IMG/VR virus record: IMGVR_UViG_3300021960_007579 | Span: 773-64,772 of that record | Source of the DNA: a virus | Taxonomy: Duplodnaviria > Caudoviricetes | Strand: one strand, 5' to 3' | Length of the DNA: 64,000 nt | In this document: in pieces, positions 19,786 through 29,648 of the stretch | Layout: each line of letters opens with the position of its first letter | How positions within the stretch are numbered: the first letter of the stretch is position 1 | Translations under genes and position numbers: made by a program | Notes under the pieces: generated by a model | The model's database searches: none | Told to the model about the DNA's origin: nothing | What the model saw: only the letters and a program-made list of their open reading frames with translations

Positions 19786-20220
19786 ATGAATGAGTGGATC
19801 GTTGATATTGATAAAGTAAATTATTTGGAAACTTATCCGGATGTTAGGGTGGTCAATCACCCTAACTACGCTGATTTAAGGAGAGAGATTATGTGCTTTA
19901 ATACCGATATTAAATGGGACGGTATGTGGACTTATGAGGACGCCATAGAAAGAATAGGTAAGGGTTGGATCTTCGTATGCCTGTTTATAGATCATCAAAT
20001 AAAGGGGTGGTTATGGTACAATCCTAAATCGAATCTCTTTCAGAACATATACGTTAATAAAGAATATAGAAAAATGGGGTATGCCCAACAACTCTTTAAA
20101 AGAATGTGTAAAGAATGTCAGTCGAGGGGAATCAAAGAAGTTAGGGCATACGTCGACGAATGGAACGTTGACAGTAGTAATATCTTAAAAACAAATAACT
20201 CAAGATTAAATAATAATTGA
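19786..20220 (+). CDS. GNAT family acetyltransferase
   Basis: IYVNKEYRKMGYA (RxxGxA), WNVDS. Confidence 0.8.
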   Translation: MNEWIVDIDKVNYLETYPDVRVVNHPNYADLRREIMCFNTDIKWDGMWTYEDAIERIGKGWIFVCLFIDHQIKGWLWYNPKSNLFQNIYVNKEYRKMGYAQQLFKRMCKECQSRGIKEVRAYVDEWNVDSSNILKTNNSRLNNN

Positions 20221-20369
20221 TATGTACATAGAAAAGTATGTTCACAATAATGTTTGGCATTTATTACCAACAGTATTAATAACAACAGATGGTCCTGTTT
20301 ATTACAGTATCGATTTTGTTTGGTTAAAATGGGGGGTTAGTTGGGTTATTAAAGATAAAATGAGGAGAT

Positions 20370-21374
20370 ATGAATAACCTAGATAAGCAATACCAAGACC
20401 TCTTGGTGGATATTATCACCGAGGGTAAGGAAAAAAAGGACAGGACCGGCACTGGTACTGTCTCACTTTTTGGTAGACAGATCAGACACGATATGAGTGA
20501 AGGGTTTCCTCTACTAACCACCAAAAAGATGGCAATCAAAACAATGATGACCGAATTGAGGTGGTTTTTAAAAGGAGACACCAACATTAAGTACTTGGTG
20601 GAGAATGGGTGTAACATTTGGAATGGTGATGCATTCAAAAACTATATTAGTAAAACAAATGAGTATAAGGGTAAGTGGCCCGATACGATGGAGGAATATC
20701 TCGAACGCATCAAAACAGATGACGAGTTCGCCAAAAGGTGGGGTGAGTTAGGTCCAATCTATGGTAAACAATGGAGACAATTTCAGGGTAAAGACTTTAT
20801 AGATAATGACCAGATCAAAAATTTAATAACTGACCTCATCACCAACCCCGATTCGAGAAGACTAATGGTGTCAGCATGGAATGTCTCTGAATTACATAAC
20901 ATGGTTTTACCACCCTGTCATTATGGGTTCCAAGTCTATACAAGAGAATTAAATCTTGATGAGAGGATTGATTATTATAATGGTAATTCTGACCCACTTA
21001 ACCGATCGTCAGATTATTTCCACGAACACATGGACATCTATGGTGTACCACGTAGATCAATCTCATTGATGTGGAACCAAAGAAGTGTTGATACCTTCTT
21101 AGGTTTGCCCTTCAACATTGCATCTTATGCAACATTACTCATTTTGATCGGCAAAGAGGTGAACATGGTCCCCGAACATTTAATAGGTAATTTAGGTGAC
21201 ACTCACCTGTATTCCAATCACATCGAACAGGCGAAGGAACAAATATCAAGAGAACCAATGTCACATCTACCTAAACTGAAAGTGAGTAATGTGGATATCC
21301 TGAATGGTGAATTTGATTATGAGGTTTTACATTACCACTCACACCCAAGTATAAAAGCACCTTTAAGTAATTAG
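20370..21374 (+). CDS. thyA: Thymidylate synthase
   Basis: DRTGTGT, FPLLTTKK, ELRWFL, LPPCHY, NQRSVDTFLGLPFN, HLYSNH. Confidence 0.97.
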   Translation: MNNLDKQYQDLLVDIITEGKEKKDRTGTGTVSLFGRQIRHDMSEGFPLLTTKKMAIKTMMTELRWFLKGDTNIKYLVENGCNIWNGDAFKNYISKTNEYKGKWPDTMEEYLERIKTDDEFAKRWGELGPIYGKQWRQFQGKDFIDNDQIKNLITDLITNPDSRRLMVSAWNVSELHNMVLPPCHYGFQVYTRELNLDERIDYYNGNSDPLNRSSDYFHEHMDIYGVPRRSISLMWNQRSVDTFLGLPFNIASYATLLILIGKEVNMVPEHLIGNLGDTHLYSNHIEQAKEQISREPMSHLPKLKVSNVDILNGEFDYEVLHYHSHPSIKAPLSN

Positions 21375-21376
21375 AA

Positions 21377-21703
21377 ATGAAATATTTTGTGGAGATATTA
21401 AAACAGTTTACGCAACCACAGAGATTAATAGTTTTAATCTTACTGTTGGTTACTGTTATTATGGTACAATACTTCAGAACAGATGATTGTTCTTCCTTAG
21501 TTCGTCAAAATAGATTAATGCAGGAAGACTTCGTAGTGATAAGTCAATTATTGAGGGAGGAAATGATGAAGGTTTCAACCCCACCGCCAATGACCGATTC
21601 AACAACGGTATCTATTGATACTATTCGTATTGTTGAACCCCAACACAGTATTAACGATCAGATATTGGAAATCGTAAATAAACATACCGTAGTTTTAGAA
21701 TAA
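21377..21703 (+). CDS. Single-TM hypothetical protein
   Basis: N-terminal hydrophobic helix. Confidence 0.65.
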   Translation: MKYFVEILKQFTQPQRLIVLILLLVTVIMVQYFRTDDCSSLVRQNRLMQEDFVVISQLLREEMMKVSTPPPMTDSTTVSIDTIRIVEPQHSINDQILEIVNKHTVVLE

Positions 21704-22000
21704 ATGGACTATAATCAAAAATTAGAGGAACTAAGAAACACGATTGATGCAATCGATCATGATATCTACACATCAATATTGAAGAGATTCGATGCGATCG
21801 TAAAAATCGCAGAACTTAAAAGAGAAAGTGGCATCATGGAGATGTCACAGCAAAGGAGAGATGAGATTATAATGAAAGTTAAAGAATGGGCCATAAAAGA
21901 CGGCATACCAACATATCTTGTATTAGGTATTTTTAACCAACTCATCGACGCGTCTGTTTTAGAACAAACATTGATTATCCATGAAAAAAAGTACGATTGA
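21704..22000 (+). CDS. Chorismate mutase type II (AroQ)
   Basis: R11, R28, K39, R51, S84 and Q88 match AroQ active-site spacing; LEELRNTIDAID. Confidence 0.8.
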   Translation: MDYNQKLEELRNTIDAIDHDIYTSILKRFDAIVKIAELKRESGIMEMSQQRRDEIIMKVKEWAIKDGIPTYLVLGIFNQLIDASVLEQTLIIHEKKYD

Positions 22001-22214
22001 TTTACATGGGATAGCTCGGGAAGATGCCTTTATGTTAATAGAGGACGAATTACTATTAATGTCCTCTAGAGGTCCATTTACTCTAGATGTCATTACAGGT
22101 AACAGTGAGGGAATGAAAAGAGGTGTTATTGATGTATGTGAAAGATATGGGTTTGATTATTATACCTCCGCATACAACATGGGAGTCATAACAATTATGT
22201 ACCAACCAATCTGA
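21981..22214 (+). CDS. Standalone Smr-domain protein
   Basis: IDLHG...VITG...NMG. Confidence 0.7.
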   Translation: MKKSTIDLHGIAREDAFMLIEDELLLMSSRGPFTLDVITGNSEGMKRGVIDVCERYGFDYYTSAYNMGVITIMYQPI

Positions 22215-22358
22215 TCACTTACCCTGACCTCTGTACTTCTTTTCGTAGTGTTTTCCGTTCTTGTGAACTGATCTCTTAGTCTTCGCGTGAACACCAGGTC
22301 TCTTTTTTCTGGTTTTACGTCTGAACGTTGAGCTCGAATTTACCTTTGCCTTTGCCAT
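22215..22358 (-). CDS. 47-aa basic microprotein ending YRGQGK (not in ORF track)
   Basis: MAKAKVNSSSTFRRKTRKKRPGVHAKTKRSVHKNGKHYEKKYRGQGK*; upstream ATATTTAT motif. Confidence 0.75.
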   Translation of the reverse strand: MAKAKVNSSSTFRRKTRKKRPGVHAKTKRSVHKNGKHYEKKYRGQGK

Positions 22359-22433
22359 GTTGATAAAAATATACGTATAAATATGTCCATATAATATTAG
22401 TTTCTATTATATTTGGGAAATAAATAATACGTC

Positions 22434-24251
22434 ATGAAAGAAACTATATTTTCACAAAGAGTCAATTACGCAATAATAGAGAAGTACAAGAATTACTCTC
22501 ATCTTTCACAAAAACCAAAAGACATGTCTATCGACATTGTTGGTAGAGTGTTTGAGACTAACCACCAACCATCGTTTGTCGATATTGTTAATTTACCACC
22601 ACCCGAGGTTCGAGGTAAAAAACTAAAACAACTGTTTCATTTTATATCACCAAAAAAAGATGGGGAAAGACTCAGAGTTTGTAGAGCACCCATGGGTGGG
22701 ATGTTTTTAACCCAAGATTCACAGAAGATAGGTAAAGCGTTGTCGGACCCATTCTCAAACATTAATATTTTTACGAGAGAGAATATAATTACTCGGGAAG
22801 GTAATGTTGTTAAATTAGTGATGGATGTGTACACAAAACACAAAGATTTTAATCACAAATTTGCGAGGAAAAGGATAAATAAGGTAACCATAAAGTTTGA
22901 TTTTGATAAGGGGAACACCCTGATAATGAAACAAAGAGGTAACCATAAAGAATTTAGAACCAACTCTTTATGGTTTTTTGACGAAATTGATTTTGAGTAC
23001 TTTAAAAATCTATTCCCTAAGAGTGCTAACTCTCGCAACCAAACGCTATCTAAGAAACATAAGGATATAGAAGTTCTTATGAATATGGGTATCTTGATAT
23101 TAACCTTAAAGGCGGTTTGTGATCAATACATTAAGTTCGATGAACCCACCTCGAAATTGAACTTCTTTACAAAATTGAATGATCACCGTGAAAGGTTCAC
23201 TCTGAAACAAATATCCCTTCTTAATTTGGTTAAGGGTAAAGGAATAAAAGTGAACAACAATTACGAAGATATTTTAATAAACCTATACCCCACACAAAAG
23301 TATCTTAAACGAAACGGTTACAAACTAATACAATCCTGTTTGGATAGAATGGGTATAAAACATTCACCCTGTATTAAAATTGCCCATAATAATTTCACCC
23401 ATACATGGTTAATCCTAAAAATTAAAACCATTGTAGGTAACGACTACTACAGGTATATCTCAAACGTAAAGTGGTCACACGTAACTTTAGATTATGATAT
23501 TCTCGTAAACGGTAGAATGAGATACCAAGTGTACGGTGAAATTGATGAAAACCAACCACTAAAAAGTAAAAGGGAAAAAACAAACTTCATTAAAATTTTG
23601 AACGAGGTTATTACCAGTGATGTAATGACTAACGATAGTCTAACTCAATTTATTGGGGATATCATTGACCACATTAGAATAATGGATAAAATTTCTGATA
23701 TAAATCCATATATCTCTTTAAATGCGTGTACATACCAAACCTTTATGGAAGAGCATAGGGTTTACTCTAAGATAGAACGTAGAATGGACAGAGACTCAAC
23801 AATTCTAATTGAGTATGATGAAAATTTTATAGACATAATGAATGAACCATTTGATATGGATGGTTACACCTTTAAACCCGTAGTATTGGTCAATGAGGAT
23901 CAGTACATTGATGAGGGTGAAGAAATGAACCACTGTGTTGCGGGATACATCACAAACAGGAACTCAATAGTTGTTAGTTTATGTGAAACCACAACAAAGG
24001 AAAGATCAACCTTAGAGTATGATACCTTAACAGGTGCATTAAAACAGGAAAGATCAAAGTACAATAAAAAACCTGTAGACTATCTTTTAAGAGCCACTAG
24101 AATTATGACTGAAAGGATTAACTCCATTCAAAGTTCTATGAGAAATGGTGAACGAAAACGTATGGATAGGAATGGAAATTATATCGATTATATACAAGAA
24201 AAAAAATGGGGTGATTTCCGCGGTGTACAGAGATTTCCCATAGACTTTTAG
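22434..24251 (+). CDS. PcfJ-domain protein
   Basis: EGEEMNHCVAGY, RSTLEY, QERSKYN; TATATTTG promoter at 22408. Confidence 0.75.
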   Translation: MKETIFSQRVNYAIIEKYKNYSHLSQKPKDMSIDIVGRVFETNHQPSFVDIVNLPPPEVRGKKLKQLFHFISPKKDGERLRVCRAPMGGMFLTQDSQKIGKALSDPFSNINIFTRENIITREGNVVKLVMDVYTKHKDFNHKFARKRINKVTIKFDFDKGNTLIMKQRGNHKEFRTNSLWFFDEIDFEYFKNLFPKSANSRNQTLSKKHKDIEVLMNMGILILTLKAVCDQYIKFDEPTSKLNFFTKLNDHRERFTLKQISLLNLVKGKGIKVNNNYEDILINLYPTQKYLKRNGYKLIQSCLDRMGIKHSPCIKIAHNNFTHTWLILKIKTIVGNDYYRYISNVKWSHVTLDYDILVNGRMRYQVYGEIDENQPLKSKREKTNFIKILNEVITSDVMTNDSLTQFIGDIIDHIRIMDKISDINPYISLNACTYQTFMEEHRVYSKIERRMDRDSTILIEYDENFIDIMNEPFDMDGYTFKPVVLVNEDQYIDEGEEMNHCVAGYITNRNSIVVSLCETTTKERSTLEYDTLTGALKQERSKYNKKPVDYLLRATRIMTERINSIQSSMRNGERKRMDRNGNYIDYIQEKKWGDFRGVQRFPIDF

Positions 24252-24315
24252 ACTACACATTCCAAAAAATTAAGTTTATATTTTATTGGATGGACTAATT
24301 ACTCCGTCTAATATT

Positions 24316-25746
24316 ATGGACTTAATATTCAATCACACACAAAAAAGAAAGACGGATAAAGGAAAGTGTAATGAGCTATATGAATTAAATATATTTCATA
24401 ACAACGATCTACTCTTAATAGAGATAGATTACTTGTACACGTTTAACAGACCAAAGGACAATAACGACCAAGAAGAGTACACCTTAAGTCGAGAAGTTAA
24501 AAACGAATATACTGTAACAATAGACTTAAGTAATTCAAATGTGTGGACCTACAGTCATATAACCACTAAAGGGTTCTTTGGTGAGAGACACGGAGGTAGG
24601 TCACACAAAAAAAGAAACGATTTTAAAACTCTATCCGAAATTACAACCGACGCACTCTTTAATGGATGTAAAAAATCAAATGAGTGGGGTAAAAGGTTTG
24701 GGACCAAAATCAACGAAGCATTTTATATTGTAAAAAACATCCTACAACCACATATTAATAATGAATACCTTAAAAGTAAGGAGTATTATAAGGTTGAGGT
24801 AGATCCACTCTTCGACCTAATTGTGGATTACCACTTAGATAAAAAACGAATTAAAGGACATAACTTAGTTTATATAGATATCCAACAGGACTATCCTAAA
24901 GAAAAGTTCCTGAAGTTAAACGACCGAAAGTTTGTCCCCGCGATTTTAGATGGGTATGGGATAAAAACTAAACAGTACGTCAGTTTACTAAACAACAATG
25001 AAGAGGGACTCCCTATTATTATTAAAACACTAAATTATTTTTGTAAACTCTTCGGTGACAATTACATAGACTTTATGAATAAGATCAATTGGGAGTTACA
25101 TGCATACACAACACCCCCCACATCAAAAACCCATACACTCAAAAATGAGACAGAAAAGAGGAATATGGTTAAACTAATCAGTAATTGGGAGAGTCACAGT
25201 CTTAGGGGAACCAACATCTCAAATGATGGTAGTTTAGTTAAGTGTATACATAATACACTTGAGCTTAGAGATAAAATAGAGAAAAAGGGGATTGAATTAA
25301 AATTCACCGCCAAGAGCGATGATGAATTAGATACCCTTTACGAAGAGTGGATGGGGTTAAAAAAGTATATTACCAGAGGATATAGACTTAGATATGCCTT
25401 CCCCAAAGAGTTTGTTAATACCATAGAAAGGGAAATAAGAATTGGAGATGTGATATACCAACCCATATTATTAAAGAGAGAGGAAGACTTTAAAATAGAG
25501 GGACATATTATGAAAAATTGTATGGGAAATCAATTTTCCCACGGAGCAATATCTATTTATATATCACTAAGAAAAGGTAAGAGATGGGTTGATGTACAGT
25601 ATAGGAATGGGGAAAAACATATGTGTTACGGTAAAGCAAATTCACCCATACCTAAAGACTTTGTTCAGGCTGTTGAGGTATTAAACAAAAGATTCAAGAA
25701 GTTCAAAACCATTGAATGGAATAAAGAAAAGTACGATTTGATTTAA
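24316..25746 (+). CDS. PcfJ-domain protein, paralog
   Basis: EGHIMKNCMG, YGKANSP; shares a YP.(Q/E)K.LK.N..K segment with the upstream paralog. Confidence 0.7.
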   Translation: MDLIFNHTQKRKTDKGKCNELYELNIFHNNDLLLIEIDYLYTFNRPKDNNDQEEYTLSREVKNEYTVTIDLSNSNVWTYSHITTKGFFGERHGGRSHKKRNDFKTLSEITTDALFNGCKKSNEWGKRFGTKINEAFYIVKNILQPHINNEYLKSKEYYKVEVDPLFDLIVDYHLDKKRIKGHNLVYIDIQQDYPKEKFLKLNDRKFVPAILDGYGIKTKQYVSLLNNNEEGLPIIIKTLNYFCKLFGDNYIDFMNKINWELHAYTTPPTSKTHTLKNETEKRNMVKLISNWESHSLRGTNISNDGSLVKCIHNTLELRDKIEKKGIELKFTAKSDDELDTLYEEWMGLKKYITRGYRLRYAFPKEFVNTIEREIRIGDVIYQPILLKREEDFKIEGHIMKNCMGNQFSHGAISIYISLRKGKRWVDVQYRNGEKHMCYGKANSPIPKDFVQAVEVLNKRFKKFKTIEWNKEKYDLI

Positions 25747-25780
25747 TCAATAAAATTTGTTATATTTTAAATAAAAAATT

Positions 25781-25942
25781 ATGCAAGAGAAAGAATCTAA
25801 AACAAAGTCACATTTTTATTTGAGTTTACTAAAATCATTTATAAGATTAGGTGCTGCAGTATGTCTAACTCAATCAGAGTTTGGTTGGGCGGGTATACTA
25901 TTTTTCGTTGCCGAATTAGTGGGAATCTTAGAAGAAATTTAA
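25781..25942 (+). CDS. 53-aa membrane microprotein (not in ORF track)
   Basis: MQEKESKTKSHFYLSLLKSFIRL...AELVGILEEI*. Confidence 0.65.
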   Translation: MQEKESKTKSHFYLSLLKSFIRLGAAVCLTQSEFGWAGILFFVAELVGILEEI

Positions 25943-25944
25943 TT

Positions 25945-26274
25945 ATGGTGACTATTACACAGACCGCCATGGAAAAACTGATCTCTCTTATGATGGATGA
26001 GGGAATCACACCAGACACTCACAACTTAAGGGTTGGAGTGAAGGGAGGTGGGTGTAGCGGGTTATCATATGTTATGGATTTTGATACAGACATTAATGAT
26101 GGGGATGAGGTTGTCGATTTAGAAGTTATTAAAGTTATAATCAATAAACCATCATTATTATACTTAGCCGGAACCATACTAGATTACCAAGGAGGTTTGA
26201 ATGGAAAAGGGTTTGAGTGGATTAACCCCAACGCAAGTAGAACATGTGGGTGTGGGGAAAGTTTTAGTTTGTAA
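25945..26274 (+). CDS. iscA: A-type Fe-S cluster carrier (IscA/HesB)
   Basis: GGGCSGLSY and CGCGESF motifs; start re-called at 25945. Confidence 0.92.
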   Translation: MVTITQTAMEKLISLMMDEGITPDTHNLRVGVKGGGCSGLSYVMDFDTDINDGDEVVDLEVIKVIINKPSLLYLAGTILDYQGGLNGKGFEWINPNASRTCGCGESFSL

Positions 26275-26396
26275 TGGATTATAATAAAAACATATGTGTG
26301 TCATGTGGTGAGGAAATACCACCACTATTATTGTCACAGAACATATGTTATAAATGTTTATGTAAACCATTAAATGGGGGAGAAAAAACCAGATAG
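26274..26396 (+). CDS. 40-aa zinc-ribbon-like microprotein
   Basis: CVSC...CYKC; TAATG-coupled to iscA. Confidence 0.45.
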   Translation: MDYNKNICVSCGEEIPPLLLSQNICYKCLCKPLNGGEKTR

Positions 26397-26772
26397 TATT
26401 GTATGGAACGAGGAGGATGGATACAACGCCAATATCCTACCTTACGCATCAAACGTTGGTGCCCCTGCAATAAAACTTGACGACATAGGTGGTTGGAAAA
26501 GTAGACAGGTCGTTAACGTAAACCACCAAATCAAAACAAAATTTGAAGAACTAAAAGACGAATACAATAAATTAATTGATGAGTACAATTGGAATCAATT
26601 AATTTATAAATCTAAGTATTCTTTTATTCCTCTTATTGGTGGCACATATCATCTCTATGTGAATAACAAAGAGGAAGTCTTTCTATCCTTAATTGGTCCT
26701 AATGAATGGAATCAAAAATATGTAGGATCCTTTAAGTTAGATTCAACGGAAAAATGGATTAAAGTTTCTTAA
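26374..26772 (+). CDS. DUF2452-like protein
   Basis: FIPLIGGTYHLY...FLSLIGPNEW. Confidence 0.7.
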   Translation: MGEKKPDSIVWNEEDGYNANILPYASNVGAPAIKLDDIGGWKSRQVVNVNHQIKTKFEELKDEYNKLIDEYNWNQLIYKSKYSFIPLIGGTYHLYVNNKEEVFLSLIGPNEWNQKYVGSFKLDSTEKWIKVS

Positions 26773-26774
26773 AG

Positions 26775-26783
26775 GATATTTAT
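26775..26783 (+). promoter_or_regulatory. Putative phage late-promoter motif (G/A)TATTTAT
   Basis: Same motif just upstream of genes at 27281, 30843, 33936 and 53373, and on the minus strand near 22380, 37450, 44465, 57620 and 62583. Confidence 0.5.
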
Positions 26784-26787
26784 CTAT

Positions 26788-27279
26788 ATGTTGATATCCG
26801 AACAAATCAAACGTATAAGTCAGTTAATGGAGGTTAAATCCATCAGTAGACCCGATATAGAGGGTGAGATGGAAGAAATCCAAAGAGTCGCTCAATATCT
26901 TAATAGGGAAGAAGGTTTCCACGTTAAGGTACAAGAGTTGGTCGATATATTCGATAAGTCAACCGAGACTACATTGACCGACGATGTGTGGGAAAAACTT
27001 GAAAACACCGAATCTAATGAGATTGAGAAAGGTGATATGAAGGGGGCTTACAATGTCTCTAAGATGTATGGTAAGAGCAATCCCGATAAACTAAAACGTA
27101 AGTTTGAGGATGGTTCATACAAGAGACCACTCATTCTAAAGTTCGGAGATAGATACCACTTAGTTGCTGGTAACACAAGACTGTCCACTGCGGCGGGAAT
27201 GGGTATCAACCCCAAAGTGTTCATTGGAGTATTAAGTACGGAAGATCAGATGGATACTGACAACAATTTAGATAAATAA
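26788..27279 (+). CDS. ParB/Srx-like domain protein with N-terminal leader
   Basis: RPLIL...YHLVAGNTRL. Confidence 0.6.
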   Translation: MLISEQIKRISQLMEVKSISRPDIEGEMEEIQRVAQYLNREEGFHVKVQELVDIFDKSTETTLTDDVWEKLENTESNEIEKGDMKGAYNVSKMYGKSNPDKLKRKFEDGSYKRPLILKFGDRYHLVAGNTRLSTAAGMGINPKVFIGVLSTEDQMDTDNNLDK

Positions 27280-27303
27280 AGTATTTATATATAAAAGAAT
27301 TCC

Positions 27304-28800
27304 ATGGAAGAATTAAGTAAGAAAGATATACTCACAATTTTGGGTGAAAACCTTACGGATAACCGTCATGCGGGATACCAAGGTTTTGACGAAGAAGAAG
27401 TTGATGAGATGGCACGTACAAAATATAAGGTCGATAAGAACACGGGACAAATGATTGTTGACCCTAAGTGGCCAAAGAAGGGTATTCCAACAGACGAACC
27501 ATCTAAAGCGGGTGCTAAATTCCAAAGATTTAGACCGATGTACTCACCTCCTTACGAGACTGAAGATGAGAAAGAACCAAGAGAACACGTTGGTTGGTAT
27601 TATTTTAAAGATGAGAATTCCGAACCAATACCATTAGTTTTCACTTGTGAGTGGGATGAATTAACTGAGAGAGAGCCTAAGTTGGTCCCAATGCTTCAGG
27701 AAAAATACGGTAATGTCATGCTAGTTAATGACAACTGTCCTACCGACGAACCAAGAGGTAAAGGGTCTTATAAGGCCGAGCCAATTCCGGGTGAAGAGGG
27801 TGATGAAATGGATATTGAAAAGAGCTTCATTACTCCAGGTATCGATAAAGAGACTGGTGCCACGACAACAATCCCAACAAGAACTAAAATATTAAACACA
27901 TTAAACTCAACATTAAATGAGTTTTCATCTGATGAAGAAGTAGTAAACACACTTAAGAAATTAAGTTTACCACCAATTATCACTGATAATAGACAGAACG
28001 TAACGGACGATGCAAGGGTATACCCACACGTTAATAGATATAGTGAAGTAAATAACGAAGACATTGAATTTGAATCACATTCAATCCAAACCTATCCAAG
28101 TCAGGAAATGTTCTTGAGACACACAACAACGTCTTTAAGAAAACCGGTAGAACAGATTGAGAAAGTCCCAACATTCGGAATTAGAAGAAAAGTTACACAC
28201 AGAACACGTAATTGGGATCCACTTATCTTTACCTCCAGTACTAACTTAGGTAAAACACCCGTTCTTAATTTAAATACATATGATTTCCCTGAAGATGATT
28301 TCGAGGTAATGGTTATGTCCCAAATTAAGATCTCAGGTAAAGCTATTCAAAAGAATCAAAACGATGAGGTTGAAAGATGGGAATGGAGTCTAAAGTATGA
28401 TGTGGATTATGCAAAGAAATTACCAGGGGAAAGACAGGCATCGAAACTTAAGAATGATGCTCAGATTGTAAAAAGAGTTGTTATTGATTTAGACAACCCC
28501 CAGAAATTTGACGGTAAAACAATTATGACAGGAACCGATGATGCATCTACACCTGTTAAAATTGATAGAGAAAGAAGTGATTTCGGTTCGAACCACCCAC
28601 TGACAGACGAAAAAATTAAAGAAGGTTTAATAGAGTTATTGGATCAGTTTAAAAACGAACTTAAGAGCACCAATCCAAATATGTCAGTACAAAGAGCATT
28701 GGCAACATTTAGAGATGAAGGTGCGATGGCATTCCAAGAAAGACCAAGTCTTAATGAAAATGAAATTAAGAGTTTGATCCATAAGTTTATGAAGGGTTAA
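27304..28800 (+). CDS. Hypothetical acidic protein, possibly virion-internal
   Basis: 498 aa; late motif upstream; terminator downstream. Confidence 0.7.
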   Translation: MEELSKKDILTILGENLTDNRHAGYQGFDEEEVDEMARTKYKVDKNTGQMIVDPKWPKKGIPTDEPSKAGAKFQRFRPMYSPPYETEDEKEPREHVGWYYFKDENSEPIPLVFTCEWDELTEREPKLVPMLQEKYGNVMLVNDNCPTDEPRGKGSYKAEPIPGEEGDEMDIEKSFITPGIDKETGATTTIPTRTKILNTLNSTLNEFSSDEEVVNTLKKLSLPPIITDNRQNVTDDARVYPHVNRYSEVNNEDIEFESHSIQTYPSQEMFLRHTTTSLRKPVEQIEKVPTFGIRRKVTHRTRNWDPLIFTSSTNLGKTPVLNLNTYDFPEDDFEVMVMSQIKISGKAIQKNQNDEVERWEWSLKYDVDYAKKLPGERQASKLKNDAQIVKRVVIDLDNPQKFDGKTIMTGTDDASTPVKIDRERSDFGSNHPLTDEKIKEGLIELLDQFKNELKSTNPNMSVQRALATFRDEGAMAFQERPSLNENEIKSLIHKFMKG

Positions 28801-28859
28801 ACTTTAACGAAGCCTGCTACCTTAGGCAACAAACAACCTCAAATTAAACTTTGAGAACT

Positions 28860-28885
28860 AACCCCTCGAATTCGAGGGGTTTTTT
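28860..28885 (+). terminator. Rho-independent terminator
   Basis: AACCCCTCG-AATT-CGAGGGGTT-TTTT. Confidence 0.85.
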
Positions 28886-28942
28886 ATTGACATATTAAAA
28901 TAAATTCTTTATATTAGTATCGAAAACACAAATTTTCTTAAT

Positions 28943-29152
28943 ATGGTCAGTAAACTAAGAGATGAATGGGTTAACGATCCCGAACTTAAAAAGTGGGATG
29001 GTGTAAGTTGTATCGACAAAGGTAGATGTAGATGTTCTGATGACTCAAGTCACGTTGAGTTATGGGACCATGATCATTCATACAGAGGAAGAATAGATAC
29101 TGTGGTATGTACTAGTTGTAATGTTATTATTAATTTTGATATTATAAGATAA
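28943..29152 (+). CDS. Small Cys-containing hypothetical protein
   Basis: CRC..CTSC; promoter upstream. Confidence 0.6.
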   Translation: MVSKLRDEWVNDPELKKWDGVSCIDKGRCRCSDDSSHVELWDHDHSYRGRIDTVVCTSCNVIINFDIIR

Positions 29153-29646
29153 TGGGAACAAATTATTACAGAATTCCTCAAGCAGATGAGGTGAAAAAGA
29201 AAAGAGATATTTTAGTTGTTCAGATAGAAACCATGGAACTTAATCCTTCAGATATTGAAGGTGGGTTTAAGTTCATTAGTCCCAACAAAGATTTGGAATG
29301 GTTTAGTCCGTGGGACATGTTCATGGAGGGTATGTCCATTCATTTGGGTAAACGAAGTATGGGTTGGAAGTTCTGTTGGAATTTCCATAACAATAAATAC
29401 TACAACAATAAACAGACATTAATTGACTATGTGCTGTCGGGTCGAGTGGTGAATGAATATGGTGAGGAGATCGATTCACAAGAATTTCTGAATATGGCTT
29501 TTGATTGGGGGGGACCTGATGGTTGGGTCCACGATGAAAAGTATGAGGAGATACAAAGGTTGGAGGGTGGACACGTATGGGGACCCAAATACCATGATAG
29601 AATAATCGATGGACTTAGAGTCTCATCATCAACTGAATTTTCTTAA
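29152..29646 (+). CDS. Conserved phage hypothetical protein
   Basis: MGTNYY...HLGKRSMGWKF...NEYGE. Confidence 0.75.
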   Translation: MGTNYYRIPQADEVKKKRDILVVQIETMELNPSDIEGGFKFISPNKDLEWFSPWDMFMEGMSIHLGKRSMGWKFCWNFHNNKYYNNKQTLIDYVLSGRVVNEYGEEIDSQEFLNMAFDWGGPDGWVHDEKYEEIQRLEGGHVWGPKYHDRIIDGLRVSSSTEFS

Positions 29647-29648
29647 CC

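Noticed and set aside
20900-21060. Intron or intein in thyA
   Set aside because: The extra ~35 aa is in frame, short, and lacks splicing motifs
28810-28856. Small RNA made of two short hairpins before the terminator
   Set aside because: Stems are only 4-6 bp; insufficient evidence
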